Positions 47,665-58,158 of a stretch of DNA of 64,000 bases are shown piece by piece (the first letter of the stretch is position 1; each line of letters starts with the position of its first letter). This stretch comes from Clostridia bacterium (GTDB lineage: Bacteria; Bacillota; Clostridia; Christensenellales; CAG-138). A program made the position numbers and the translations under genes. A model generated the notes under the pieces. That model worked only from the letters and a program-made list of their open reading frames with translations. It searched no databases and was not told where the DNA came from. The DNA lies in NCBI GenBank assembly GCA_017616435.1, contig JAFZYC010000050.1, positions 10,514 through 74,513 of the forward strand, read 5' to 3'.

Positions 47665-47692
47665 AAAGGCGGAGCAAATGCTCCGCCTTTTT
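47665..47692 (+). terminator. intrinsic terminator of dockerin-thioredoxin gene 1
   Basis: ggcggagc-aaat-gctccgcc followed by TTTTT. Confidence 0.8.
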
Positions 47693-47780
47693 CATTTCCG
47701 CGGCAGTCAAATGCAGCAGCGTATCTGCCACGGAACGGCAAAACAAAAGTTTTTATTTTGCAGAACGATCGTTTTCGGCA

Positions 47781-47809
47781 TTGATTGTCACACACGGCAA
47801 TGGTATAAT
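47781..47809 (+). promoter_or_regulatory. sigma-A type promoter of dockerin-thioredoxin gene 2
   Basis: Same TTGATT-N17-TGgTATAAT arrangement, within a duplicated ~88-nt block. Confidence 0.7.
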
Positions 47810-47857
47810 GTATATCGACTTATGGGTTTTACCTTAAGATCATAGGAGGATAAAATA

Positions 47858-48982
47858 ATGAAAAAACTGCTTGCTCTTTTAATGGTCGCACTCATGCTCT
47901 CACTCTGTGCACCTTCTGGCGCGGTTCCTTCTGAAGAGCCGACGAGGGCGTTGCCTATCGGCTTGGACGTTTCCGCAGTACATGCCCCCTATCTAATTGC
48001 AGGAGGCAATCCATCTACGACCGATTTCCTTACATCAGATGATTTTGCATCACATAGTCTCATTGTTATTAATGCGTGGGATCATATGTGCGGACCATGC
48101 ACTAGCGAGATGCCGTATTTCCAGCAGATTCACGAGGAATATTCCAATCAAGGGGTACTCGTCGTTGGCGTCGCTACTACATGGATCGGCGGAACTTACC
48201 CCGGCGACTATAACTATTTTGTGAATCACAACTACAACTATATGCTCGTCAAGCTCGACTCCGTCATGGAAACTGCATTCTCATACCACAACTTCCTTCC
48301 CCAGACGATATTCGTGAGCCCGGACGGCGTTGTTGTTGATGAGATCGCAGGCAGCACCGATTACACAACTTTAAAGAACAAGGTTGAAGCCTGGCTCACT
48401 GCTTTTCAGCACGATTCTTATGAAGTCAACTTTGTTGACAGCGTTACAGGCGAAATATTCGAAACTCAGAATCTCGTTCCGGGTTCTGTTCCCGTCTATC
48501 CTGATGCCCCTGTGCATGAAGGTTATACCTTCAGCGGCTGGGATCCCGCGACTCCTCCCGTCATCATGGGACCGACGACAATCACAGCTAGATATACTGC
48601 TTTGATCTACCGTGTTCGTTTCATGGACAGCATTACCGGAGAACAGATATCAAGGGTTTTCGTTCATTACGGTGAGTCCGCAGAGGCTCCCGAACCCCCG
48701 GAGCACGATGGTTATGAATTCGTTTGTTGGGATCAGGACTTCTCTTTCGTCACGCAGTCTATGGACGTTTACACGATCTACAGTCCGGAAGGAGGTTTCC
48801 TGCCGGGCGACGCGGACGGCAACGGTGAGATAACCTCCGCAGACGCGCTCGCCATACTGCGCTACACGATGGGCACAGGCACTATCCCGGAGGCGCTTCT
48901 CCCATACTGCGATGTTGACGGCAACGGCTCGGTAACATCCGCCGACGCGCTCGCGGTGCTGAGGATCGCCATGGGTCTATAA
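47858..48982 (+). CDS. secreted thioredoxin-fold (CGPC) protein with 2 Listeria-Bacteroides repeats and C-terminal dockerin (paralogue)
   Basis: Same architecture as 46509-47651 (AWDHMCGPCTSEMPYF). The core is visibly AT-richer. The last ~220 nt are near-identical to copy 1. Confidence 0.8.
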   Translation: MKKLLALLMVALMLSLCAPSGAVPSEEPTRALPIGLDVSAVHAPYLIAGGNPSTTDFLTSDDFASHSLIVINAWDHMCGPCTSEMPYFQQIHEEYSNQGVLVVGVATTWIGGTYPGDYNYFVNHNYNYMLVKLDSVMETAFSYHNFLPQTIFVSPDGVVVDEIAGSTDYTTLKNKVEAWLTAFQHDSYEVNFVDSVTGEIFETQNLVPGSVPVYPDAPVHEGYTFSGWDPATPPVIMGPTTITARYTALIYRVRFMDSITGEQISRVFVHYGESAEAPEPPEHDGYEFVCWDQDFSFVTQSMDVYTIYSPEGGFLPGDADGNGEITSADALAILRYTMGTGTIPEALLPYCDVDGNGSVTSADALAVLRIAMGL

Positions 48983-49009
48983 TCAGAGCATAATGAAAGG
49001 CGGAGCAAA

Positions 49010-49267
49010 GGGTGCATTCACTTAAGGAGACATAGGTTTTCGGCGGTGAATAGAAACTGACAAGCAACAAAAAACCGAGAGTGCGAATAACCGCACTCTC
49101 GGTATTCTTTTTCCGCCGAAAACCGCGAAGCGTCTCAAAAGAGGAGATTTTTGTGCCGGGCAAGGCGAAAAGCGCAGGAATACTTGGAAAGTCTTTCGAG
49201 CATTTTCAACGCAGCGCGGCGCAAAAAGATACCTTTTGAGGCTGTGTATCTTTAAGTGAATGCGCCC
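49010..49267. mobile_element. MITE-like non-autonomous element with 18-bp imperfect terminal inverted repeats
   Basis: Left end GGGTGCATTCACTTAAGG and reverse complement of the right end GGGCGCATTCACTTAAAG match at 16/18. It is flanked by CAAA/AAA. It splits a terminator hairpin that is intact in the paralogous copy at 47668-47687. No ORF. Internal nested inverted repeats are present. Confidence 0.7.
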
Positions 49268-49289
49268 AAAACTCCGCCTTTTTCGTTGC

Positions 49290-50666
49290 TCATTTTCCCG
49301 TGATATCGCGCGCGATCCTTTTAAGCCTTTCCGGCGTGTTGTCCTTCGGCCTTGCCGCGCAGTGCAGGAGCAGCGCGGTCTTTATCTCGCCTATGCGCGG
49401 CCCCGGCGCAAGCCCCGTCCACTCCATTATGTCGCGGCCCGTGCAGGCAAGGTCGTTTTCGGAGAACGGCGCGCCGCTCTCCTCCATTTCGCGCAGCACC
49501 CTGCGCCATCTTTCGGCGGACTTGACTTCGATATATTCGCCTATCGAGCCTCGAAAATCCGCCTCCCTGATATCGGCGAGGGCGAGCGTCCTCTCCCTTC
49601 CCCACTCGGCAAAGCGGCGCTTCAAGGTGGGCTCCTTAGCACGCCCGTCGAGATCGAACATGTGACGCCTGACCAGCCAGCACGCGCGGTCGATCTCTGC
49701 GCTGCTGAATCGCAGACGGCGCAGTATCGCCCTTGCCATTTCCTCGCCTTCCGCGTCGTGTCCGTGCATATTGCCGTTCCTTTCGAGAACCGAGGGCTTT
49801 GCGACGTCGTGCAGGAAGCAGCCGAGGCGGAGAGTAAGCTCCGGCTTTGCCATCGCCGTCGTGCGGAAGATATGCTCCAGCACGGGGTATTTGTGGAACC
49901 GGGGGCTCTGTTCTACCCCGCGCGCCGCCGCAAGCTCGGGCAGTATCACGTCGAGCGCGCCGGTCTCGTCTAAAAGATGCAGGCCGCGAAGCACGCTCTC
50001 CTCCGCGGGGATCCCGTACTTGGCGTCCGCCATAAGTATCTTTATCAGTTCGTCACGCACGCGCTCTGACGAGATATCATCGAGCAGCGGGGCGCATTTT
50101 TTCGCCGCCGCAAAGGTATTTTCCTCGATATCGAAGCCCAGCTCCGCCGCGAAACGGCAGAGGCGCATTATCCTCAGGCCGTCGTCGCGCAGTATGTCCT
50201 CGGGATCCGCGGTCGTGGTGCGTATGAGGCGCTTTTTTATGTCATCAAGACCGCCGGTAGGGTCGACAGTCTCTCCCGTAAGCACTGAAGCGTAGAGCGC
50301 ATTGACGGTGAAATCGCGGCGGAAGGCGTCCTCGAAAGGCGAGTCGGAAAAGGTTATCCTCGTCGGCCTGTGCGCGCCGCCCTCCGAGTACGTATCGGCG
50401 CGGAACGTGGTATGCTCATAGGCCTTGCCGCCGATATGCACCTCCACCATGCCGAAATCGATCCCTTTGGGCACGACCTTGAAGCCCGCCTCCCCGCAGA
50501 GAGCGGTCATCTCGTCCGGGCGGAGGCGGCTCGTGATATCCGTATCGGATACGGGCAGGCCGAGGAGCGTATTCCGCACATGCCCGCCCACGACGAAAAG
50601 CTCGGCGCCTCTATCGCGTACGAGCTCCGCCAGAGTATTCAGTTCGGGATCGAAAGTGAAGAGCAT
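49290..50666 (-). CDS. cca: CCA tRNA nucleotidyltransferase / poly(A) polymerase-family protein with HD domain
   Basis: Motifs VVGGHVRNTLLG..SDTDI, RDFTVNA and the HD region FLHDVAKP. Confidence 0.88.
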   Translation of the reverse strand: MLFTFDPELNTLAELVRDRGAELFVVGGHVRNTLLGLPVSDTDITSRLRPDEMTALCGEAGFKVVPKGIDFGMVEVHIGGKAYEHTTFRADTYSEGGAHRPTRITFSDSPFEDAFRRDFTVNALYASVLTGETVDPTGGLDDIKKRLIRTTTADPEDILRDDGLRIMRLCRFAAELGFDIEENTFAAAKKCAPLLDDISSERVRDELIKILMADAKYGIPAEESVLRGLHLLDETGALDVILPELAAARGVEQSPRFHKYPVLEHIFRTTAMAKPELTLRLGCFLHDVAKPSVLERNGNMHGHDAEGEEMARAILRRLRFSSAEIDRACWLVRRHMFDLDGRAKEPTLKRRFAEWGRERTLALADIREADFRGSIGEYIEVKSAERWRRVLREMEESGAPFSENDLACTGRDIMEWTGLAPGPRIGEIKTALLLHCAARPKDNTPERLKRIARDITGK

Positions 50667-50700
50667 AGGTTATAGCATCTGTTGTGTTATGGATCTCTTT

Positions 50701-50750
50701 GCGATCCTTTCATCAGCTTCGTGACGCCTCCCCTTACTTAGGGAGGTAGG
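50701..50750 (-). repeat. composite hairpin repeat, minus orientation
   Basis: The reverse complement cctacctccctaagtaaggggaggcgtcacgaagctgatgaaaggatcgc aligns with the reverse complement of 51332-51380. Confidence 0.7.
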
Positions 50751-50816
50751 ATTTGCGCCTCTCTTATGCAACTGCGGCGCTGTTTCACAGGGAAAGCTCT
50801 ATCCGCACCGTCGTTC

Positions 50817-51197
50817 TCAAAGGAATCGATCTGTCCTTTCCTTAACAATATTGTCAATAGATCGGCATACACCTTCGAAATTGGTGTCTATCTCGCCGTT
50901 CGATATCCTTAAAACGCTCAAGCCGTATTCTTCGAGGAAGCGTGACCGCTCTTCGTCGCGGGCTTGCTCGGTCGGCTTGAAATGCTGCGACCCATCAAGT
51001 TCTACGATGAGTTTCGCTTTTGCGCAGTAAAAATCCGCGATGTATTTCCCAAGTACCTTCTGTCTGTAAAAGCGGACGGGATATTTAGAAAGGTAACCGT
51101 ACCAAAGCCTCCGCTCCTGCCGCGTCATGTCCCTGCGCAGCATTCGGGCTATGGGCACAAGCTTTTTATTCCCCTTATACGGCATTGTTTCCTGCAT
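50817..51197 (-). CDS. DUF559 (Vsr/restriction-endonuclease-like) domain protein
   Basis: MTRQERRLWYGYLSKYPVRFYRQKVLGKYIADFYCAKAKLIVELDGSQH...LRISNGEI is typical DUF559. Start is either 51197 or 51185. The track start 51242 lies inside a repeat. Confidence 0.8.
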   Translation of the reverse strand: MQETMPYKGNKKLVPIARMLRRDMTRQERRLWYGYLSKYPVRFYRQKVLGKYIADFYCAKAKLIVELDGSQHFKPTEQARDEERSRFLEEYGLSVLRISNGEIDTNFEGVCRSIDNIVKERTDRFL

Positions 51198-51228
51198 TTT
51201 GATGATCCCTTTGTCAGCTGCGTTTCCT

Positions 51229-51286
51229 GCTCCCCTGCGCAAGGGGAGCTGTCGGGCGAACGGAGCGAGAACGACTGAAGGGTCGC
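51229..51286 (+). repeat. composite hairpin repeat, plus orientation (inverted relative to 51332-51380)
   Basis: gctcccctgcgcaaggggagctgtcgggcgaacggagcgagaacgactgaagggtcgc. Confidence 0.7.
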
Positions 51287-51331
51287 TTCAAGGAGCGATA
51301 GTAAAACGATAAAGTGTCGTCATTTATACAG

Positions 51332-51380
51332 GCGACCCTTTCGTCAGCTCCGCTGACACCTCCCCTTACGCAGGGGAGGT
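51332..51380 (-). repeat. composite hairpin repeat, minus orientation
   Basis: The reverse complement is acctcccctgcgtaaggggaggtgtcagcggagctgacgaaagggtcgc. Confidence 0.7.
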
Positions 51381-51453
51381 ATAAGAAGAGGCCGGCCTTC
51401 AAGTGTCCGGAGGAGAGAGAACCGGATGTGAAGTTCACAATCGAAGGTTAGGG

Positions 51454-52140
51454 TCATTCCTTCGGATTCTTTATCATTTCCTTTTCGAACGCTTCCATCT
51501 TTCGCAACGCTTTTTTCGCCTCAGTCCTGAGCTCATCGTTCTCGTCTTCAACAAACGGGATCACATATTCCTTCAATTCCGGTTCGTGGAATCGCCAAAT
51601 GTTTTCGACAAAAAACCATTTGAACCCGTCCCGGTTCAGACTCAGAAGAGCAAGTATTTTTGGAACAGCCTGTTTCAGCTTCAGCTTACAGACAAGCACA
51701 TAAAACATATCAGGACGTTTTTCATAGCCCGGTTCCGAAAGGATGCGTATATATTCGTCGGCAAACCGTTTTGATTTGATCCTGAGAACGACGTCGCTGA
51801 TCACGAAGCGCATATGGTCATCATCCTCATAGTATGAATACAGTTCAAGAAGATACGGAACATACTCCTGATACTCCTTGTATGAAAACGCGCTTATGAG
51901 CTCTTCCGTATAACGGGCAGAGTCAAACTTGCCAATGTATTTTTTCAGGATCTCCGGAAAACGCAAATCACAGGTTTCGGTGATTCTTTGGGCGTTGGAA
52001 TAATAATAACCCAATGCGTTTATTTCATCCAAAAGCTTCGTCGTCAAAATAAGGTCGTGTGCAGTATCGTTTCCGCAATAACGATAGTGCGCATTACCGT
52101 AGTATTTTCCCATTATCTTAAATATCTCTTCTTTATTCAT
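51454..52140 (-). CDS. orphan all-alpha (HEAT/ARM-like) hypothetical protein, low GC
   Basis: ATG at 52140 (MNKEEIFKIMGKYYG). Lys/Glu/Tyr-rich helical composition. Clearly AT-richer than its neighbours. No family recognised. Confidence 0.5.
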   Translation of the reverse strand: MNKEEIFKIMGKYYGNAHYRYCGNDTAHDLILTTKLLDEINALGYYYSNAQRITETCDLRFPEILKKYIGKFDSARYTEELISAFSYKEYQEYVPYLLELYSYYEDDDHMRFVISDVVLRIKSKRFADEYIRILSEPGYEKRPDMFYVLVCKLKLKQAVPKILALLSLNRDGFKWFFVENIWRFHEPELKEYVIPFVEDENDELRTEAKKALRKMEAFEKEMIKNPKE

Positions 52141-52209
52141 GCAATTAAGAAACCTTCTCGTTATAAGTCTTGGGACGAAGCAGTCAGCTTCGCCCCAAAT
52201 CAAGCTTAG

Positions 52210-54864
52210 TTATTCTTCCTCCGGCTCGACCTCGGTAAAGTCGAGCTCTTCGGATGCGCTGCCGCCCTCCTCGGAGTAATAATCGGGATAATCGTCGGGG
52301 ATCGGCTCCTGCGGTCCGGAAGAGGGATGGCTGCCCGCCTCGGCCTCATGCTCGTGAGCGGCCTTCTCAAAAGCCTCCTCCTCGTTATGAGGAGCGCGGG
52401 CTATCGATACCACGCGGTGCTCGTCGTCGACGCGCATGAGCCTTACGCCCTGCGTGTTGCGGGAGATTATGCTTATATCCTTCGCCGGGACGCGGATTAT
52501 AACGCCGTCGTCGCGGACGAGCATTATATCCTCCTCGTCCGTGCACATGCGGAGGCAAACGAGCTTGCCCGTCTTTTCGGTGAGCTTCAAAGTCTTTACG
52601 CCCTTGCCGCCCCTCGACTGGGTGCCGTATTCCGTCTCCTCCGTGCGCTTGCCGAGGCCCCTCTCCGTTATCGCGAGCACGTAGCAGCCGGGATCGACCT
52701 TTGTCATGTCGATAACCTCGTCGCCCTCGTCGAGCTTGATGGCCCTTACGCCCGTCGCCGTACGGCCCATGGGCCTTACGTCGTCCTCGTGGAAGCGGAT
52801 GCTCATGCCGCTCGCGGTGCCGATCATGATATCGTCCTCGCCGCTTGTGAGCTGAACGCCGATGAGCTCGTCGTCCTCACGAAGGCCCAGCGCGATTATG
52901 CCGCCCTTGTGGATGTTGTCGAAATCGGATATCGCGGTCTTCTTGATGACGCCCTGCCTGGTGGCCATGACGAGATATTTGCCGCCGTTTGTGTATTCGT
53001 TCACGGGGAACGCCGCGGCGACCTTTTCGCCGTTCTTCAGCTGCAGCAGGTTCACTATCGCCGTGCCCTTTGCCGTCCTGCCGGCCTCCGGTATGAGATA
53101 GCACTTGATCCTGAACGCGCGGCCGGTGTTCGTGAAGAACAGTATGTGCGAATGCGTCGAGGTGACGAAGATATCCTTGACGAAATCCTCCTCCCTCGTG
53201 GTATGGCCGGATACGCCCACGCCGCCCTTATGCTGCGTGCGGTAGGTGTCCTCGTTTATGCGCTTGATATAGCCCAGGCGCGTCATCGTTACGGCCATAT
53301 CCTCCTCCTGGATGATATCGTCCATATCGATATCCTCGATCACCTGCGTGATCTCGGTGCGGCGTGCGTCGGCATACCTTGCCTTGATGTCGCTGAGCTC
53401 GTCCTTGATTATCGAGAGGAGAAGCCCCTCGTCCGCGAGCACGCGCCTGTAGTATTCGACCTTTGCGCGAAGCTCCTGCTCCTCGCTCTGGAGCTTCTCC
53501 CTTTCAAGACCGGTGAGGCGCTGGAGACGCATATCGAGTATCGCCTGCGCCTGCTTTTCGGAGAAGCCGAAGCGCTCCATGAGGTTCGTCCTCGCCTCGG
53601 GAGCGTTGGGGGACGCCTTTATTATCGCGATGACCTCGTCGATGTTGTCGAGGGCTTTAAGGAGGCCTTCTATTATGTGCAGACGCTCCTCCGCCTTTTC
53701 GAGGTCGTACCTCGTGCGCCTTGTTACGACGTCCTTCTGATGCTCAAGGTAGTAGTAGAGTATCTCGCGGAGGTTCAGCACCTTGGGCTCGCCGTCGACC
53801 AGCGCGAGCATTATCGCTCCGAAGGTATCCTGCAGCTGCGTGTGCTTGTAAAGGCGGTTCAGAACGACGTTCGCGTTGACGTCCTTCTTGAGCTCTATGA
53901 CTATCCTCATGCCTGCGCGGCTGGATTCGTCCCTGAGGTCGGAAATGCCGTCGACCTTCTTTTCATGCACGAGCTCCGCTATCTTCTCGACGAGCCTCGC
54001 CTTGTTGACCATGTAGGGGATCTCGGTCACGACGATGCGGCTGCGGTCGTTCTTCATGGGCTCGATCTCGGTCTTCGCGCGGACTATTATGCGGCCGCGG
54101 CCGGTGAAATACGCGTGGCGTATGCCCGCGTCGCCCATTATTACGCCGCCCGTGGGGAAATCGGGGCCGGGTATGTAGTTCATGAGCTCGTCGACCGTGA
54201 TATCCGGGTTGTCGATCATGGCGATAACGGCGTTGATAGTCTCGCCCAGATTATGGGGCGGGATGTTCGTCGCCATGCCGACGGCGATGCCGTTCGAGCC
54301 GTTGACAAGCAGGTTAGGGAACCTTGAGGGAAGCACGGTGGGCTGCATGAGCGTCTCATCGAAGTTGGGATAGAAATCCACCGTGTTCTTTTCAAGATCG
54401 GAGAGCAGCTCCGTCGTGAGCCTGGACATGCGGCACTCGGTATAACGCATAGCAGCGGCGGGGTCGCCGTCGATTGAACCGAAGTTGCCGTGTCCTTCCA
54501 CGAGCGGATACCTTGTTGAGAAGGGCTGCGCCAAGCGCACCGTTGCCTCATAGACGGACGAATCGCCGTGGGGATGGTATTTGCCCAGTACGTCGCCGAC
54601 GAGGCGCGCGCATTTGCGGAAGGGCTTGTCGGGCTGCATGCCCAGCTCATCCATCGAATAAAGTATGCGCCTGTGTACGGGCTTCAGGCCGTCGCGCACG
54701 TCGGGCAGCGCGCGGCTTATTATTACCGCCATAGCGTAGGAGATAAAGCTCCTCTTCATCTCTCCGACGAGGTTTATGGGCAGTATCCTGCCGCCCTCGA
54801 TATCGGTTGGCAGCTCGTTCGTTCCGAGCATCTCGAGATTTCGCTTGTTCTTCTTTTCTTCCAT
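52210..54864 (-). CDS. gyrA: DNA gyrase subunit A
   Basis: Motifs [26 protein letters not shown] (QRDR) and AAMRYTE, with an acidic C-tail. 884 aa, no intein. Confidence 0.97.
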   Translation of the reverse strand: MEEKKNKRNLEMLGTNELPTDIEGGRILPINLVGEMKRSFISYAMAVIISRALPDVRDGLKPVHRRILYSMDELGMQPDKPFRKCARLVGDVLGKYHPHGDSSVYEATVRLAQPFSTRYPLVEGHGNFGSIDGDPAAAMRYTECRMSRLTTELLSDLEKNTVDFYPNFDETLMQPTVLPSRFPNLLVNGSNGIAVGMATNIPPHNLGETINAVIAMIDNPDITVDELMNYIPGPDFPTGGVIMGDAGIRHAYFTGRGRIIVRAKTEIEPMKNDRSRIVVTEIPYMVNKARLVEKIAELVHEKKVDGISDLRDESSRAGMRIVIELKKDVNANVVLNRLYKHTQLQDTFGAIMLALVDGEPKVLNLREILYYYLEHQKDVVTRRTRYDLEKAEERLHIIEGLLKALDNIDEVIAIIKASPNAPEARTNLMERFGFSEKQAQAILDMRLQRLTGLEREKLQSEEQELRAKVEYYRRVLADEGLLLSIIKDELSDIKARYADARRTEITQVIEDIDMDDIIQEEDMAVTMTRLGYIKRINEDTYRTQHKGGVGVSGHTTREEDFVKDIFVTSTHSHILFFTNTGRAFRIKCYLIPEAGRTAKGTAIVNLLQLKNGEKVAAAFPVNEYTNGGKYLVMATRQGVIKKTAISDFDNIHKGGIIALGLREDDELIGVQLTSGEDDIMIGTASGMSIRFHEDDVRPMGRTATGVRAIKLDEGDEVIDMTKVDPGCYVLAITERGLGKRTEETEYGTQSRGGKGVKTLKLTEKTGKLVCLRMCTDEEDIMLVRDDGVIIRVPAKDISIISRNTQGVRLMRVDDEHRVVSIARAPHNEEEAFEKAAHEHEAEAGSHPSSGPQEPIPDDYPDYYSEEGGSASEELDFTEVEPEEE

Positions 54865-54876
54865 ATTCCGTTCCCC

Positions 54877-56817
<1,941 letters not shown>

Positions 56818-56845
56818 TTACCCTTTATTTCTTGATTCGTGATAC

Positions 56846-57964
56846 TTATCTTTTGATTATATTCCCGTCCTTGACTTCGAACACGGCCGCGTCCCTGCCG
56901 CTTACGGCGCTCTCAACGCCCGTGGCGGTCAAAAGACACTGGCAGTCGACAGCGGAGCTCATGAGCGCCTTCTGGCGGTCGTCATCGAGCTCCGAGAGCA
57001 CGTCGTCCAGGAGCAGTACCGGGCTTTCGCCCACGACCTCGCGAATGAGAGCCAGCTCCGAGAGCTTCAAGGAGAGCGCCGCGGTGCGCTGCTGCCCCTG
57101 CGAGCCGTAGGTCTTGACGTCGGTATCGCCGAGCTTTATGCCTATATCGTCCCTGTGCGGTCCGCGCGTGGTGAAGCCGCGGCGGATATCCTCCTCGCGC
57201 GAGGCCTCCAGCGCGTCGTAGATGGCGTATTCCGCCTCCCTTTCGTCGAATGGTACATTGGGCTCATAGAACGCGAAAAGCTGCTCACGGCCGCTCGTGA
57301 GGCGTCTGTGCATGTCGGAAGCGATGGTCGAGATCTCATCCATGAACTCGAGCCTGCTCCGCATGACCTCAGCGCCCGTCCGCGCGAGCTGCACGTTCCA
57401 CATATCGAGCACTTCGGGATCGATGGGGTCGGTGAACGCCTCCTTTATGAGGGCGTTCCTTTGCCTGAGCGCGGCGTTGTACATCGCGGCCTTGCGGTAA
57501 TACGCGGGGCGGAGCTGGCACAGCTCCATATCCATGAACCTGCGGCGCACCTCCGGCGAGGCCTTGACGAGGGCGAGATCCTCCGGCGAGAACATAACGA
57601 CGTTCATAACGCCCATGAGCTCCCCCGCCTTATCCGCGCGCTGGCGGTCGATGAATATCTGCTTCTTGTCCTTGGGGTTCTTCGCCGCGTCGTCCCCCGT
57701 GCGGAGCTTGATCTCGATCGTCCTTGTGCCGTTCTTTGTCTCAAGCTCGAGCCCGACATACGCCCCGGCAAGCCCGTGGCCGATGAGCTCCGTGTCGCGG
57801 CTCGTCCTGTGGCTGCGCCCCAAAGCGCAGAGGAACACCGCCTCCAACACGTTCGTTTTCCCGGCCGCGTTCGCGCCGTAGAGGAGGTTGAGACCGGCTT
57901 CCGGCCTGAGCTCCGCATGGGAATAGCTCCTGAAGCCGTTCAATGTGAGCTTCCGTATCCGCAA
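56846..57964 (-). CDS. recF: DNA replication and repair protein RecF
   Basis: The TTG at 57964 is preceded by GGAGGG with a 6-nt spacer and gives (M)RIRKLTLNGFRSY. Walker A GANAAGKTNVLEA. The track start 58000 is probably over-extended. Confidence 0.92.
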   Translation of the reverse strand: MRIRKLTLNGFRSYSHAELRPEAGLNLLYGANAAGKTNVLEAVFLCALGRSHRTSRDTELIGHGLAGAYVGLELETKNGTRTIEIKLRTGDDAAKNPKDKKQIFIDRQRADKAGELMGVMNVVMFSPEDLALVKASPEVRRRFMDMELCQLRPAYYRKAAMYNAALRQRNALIKEAFTDPIDPEVLDMWNVQLARTGAEVMRSRLEFMDEISTIASDMHRRLTSGREQLFAFYEPNVPFDEREAEYAIYDALEASREEDIRRGFTTRGPHRDDIGIKLGDTDVKTYGSQGQQRTAALSLKLSELALIREVVGESPVLLLDDVLSELDDDRQKALMSSAVDCQCLLTATGVESAVSGRDAAVFEVKDGNIIKR

Positions 57965-58096
57965 GGCGATCCCTCCTTCCGCAGGCGCAGATTCTGTCAA
58001 CTATATTCTACCACATATTGTGTCCAAAAGCAATATGTTTTATTATAATAATGAAGAAATCCCGCCCAAAATCACGTCGGTTTGTGGCGGGCAGAA

Positions 58097-58132
58097 CAAA
58101 AAAGAACGGCCCTCCGATCGCCGGGGGGCCGT
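58097..58132 (-). terminator. intrinsic terminator after pckA
   Basis: GC-rich stem acggccc.../...gggccgt with a U-tract on the minus strand. Confidence 0.65.
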
Positions 58133-58158
58133 CTTGATCTGCTTTCGGTTCAGTCGGC

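Noticed and set aside
52327-54327. 666-aa plus-strand ORF
   Set aside because: It is antisense to gyrA, so it is a spurious open frame.
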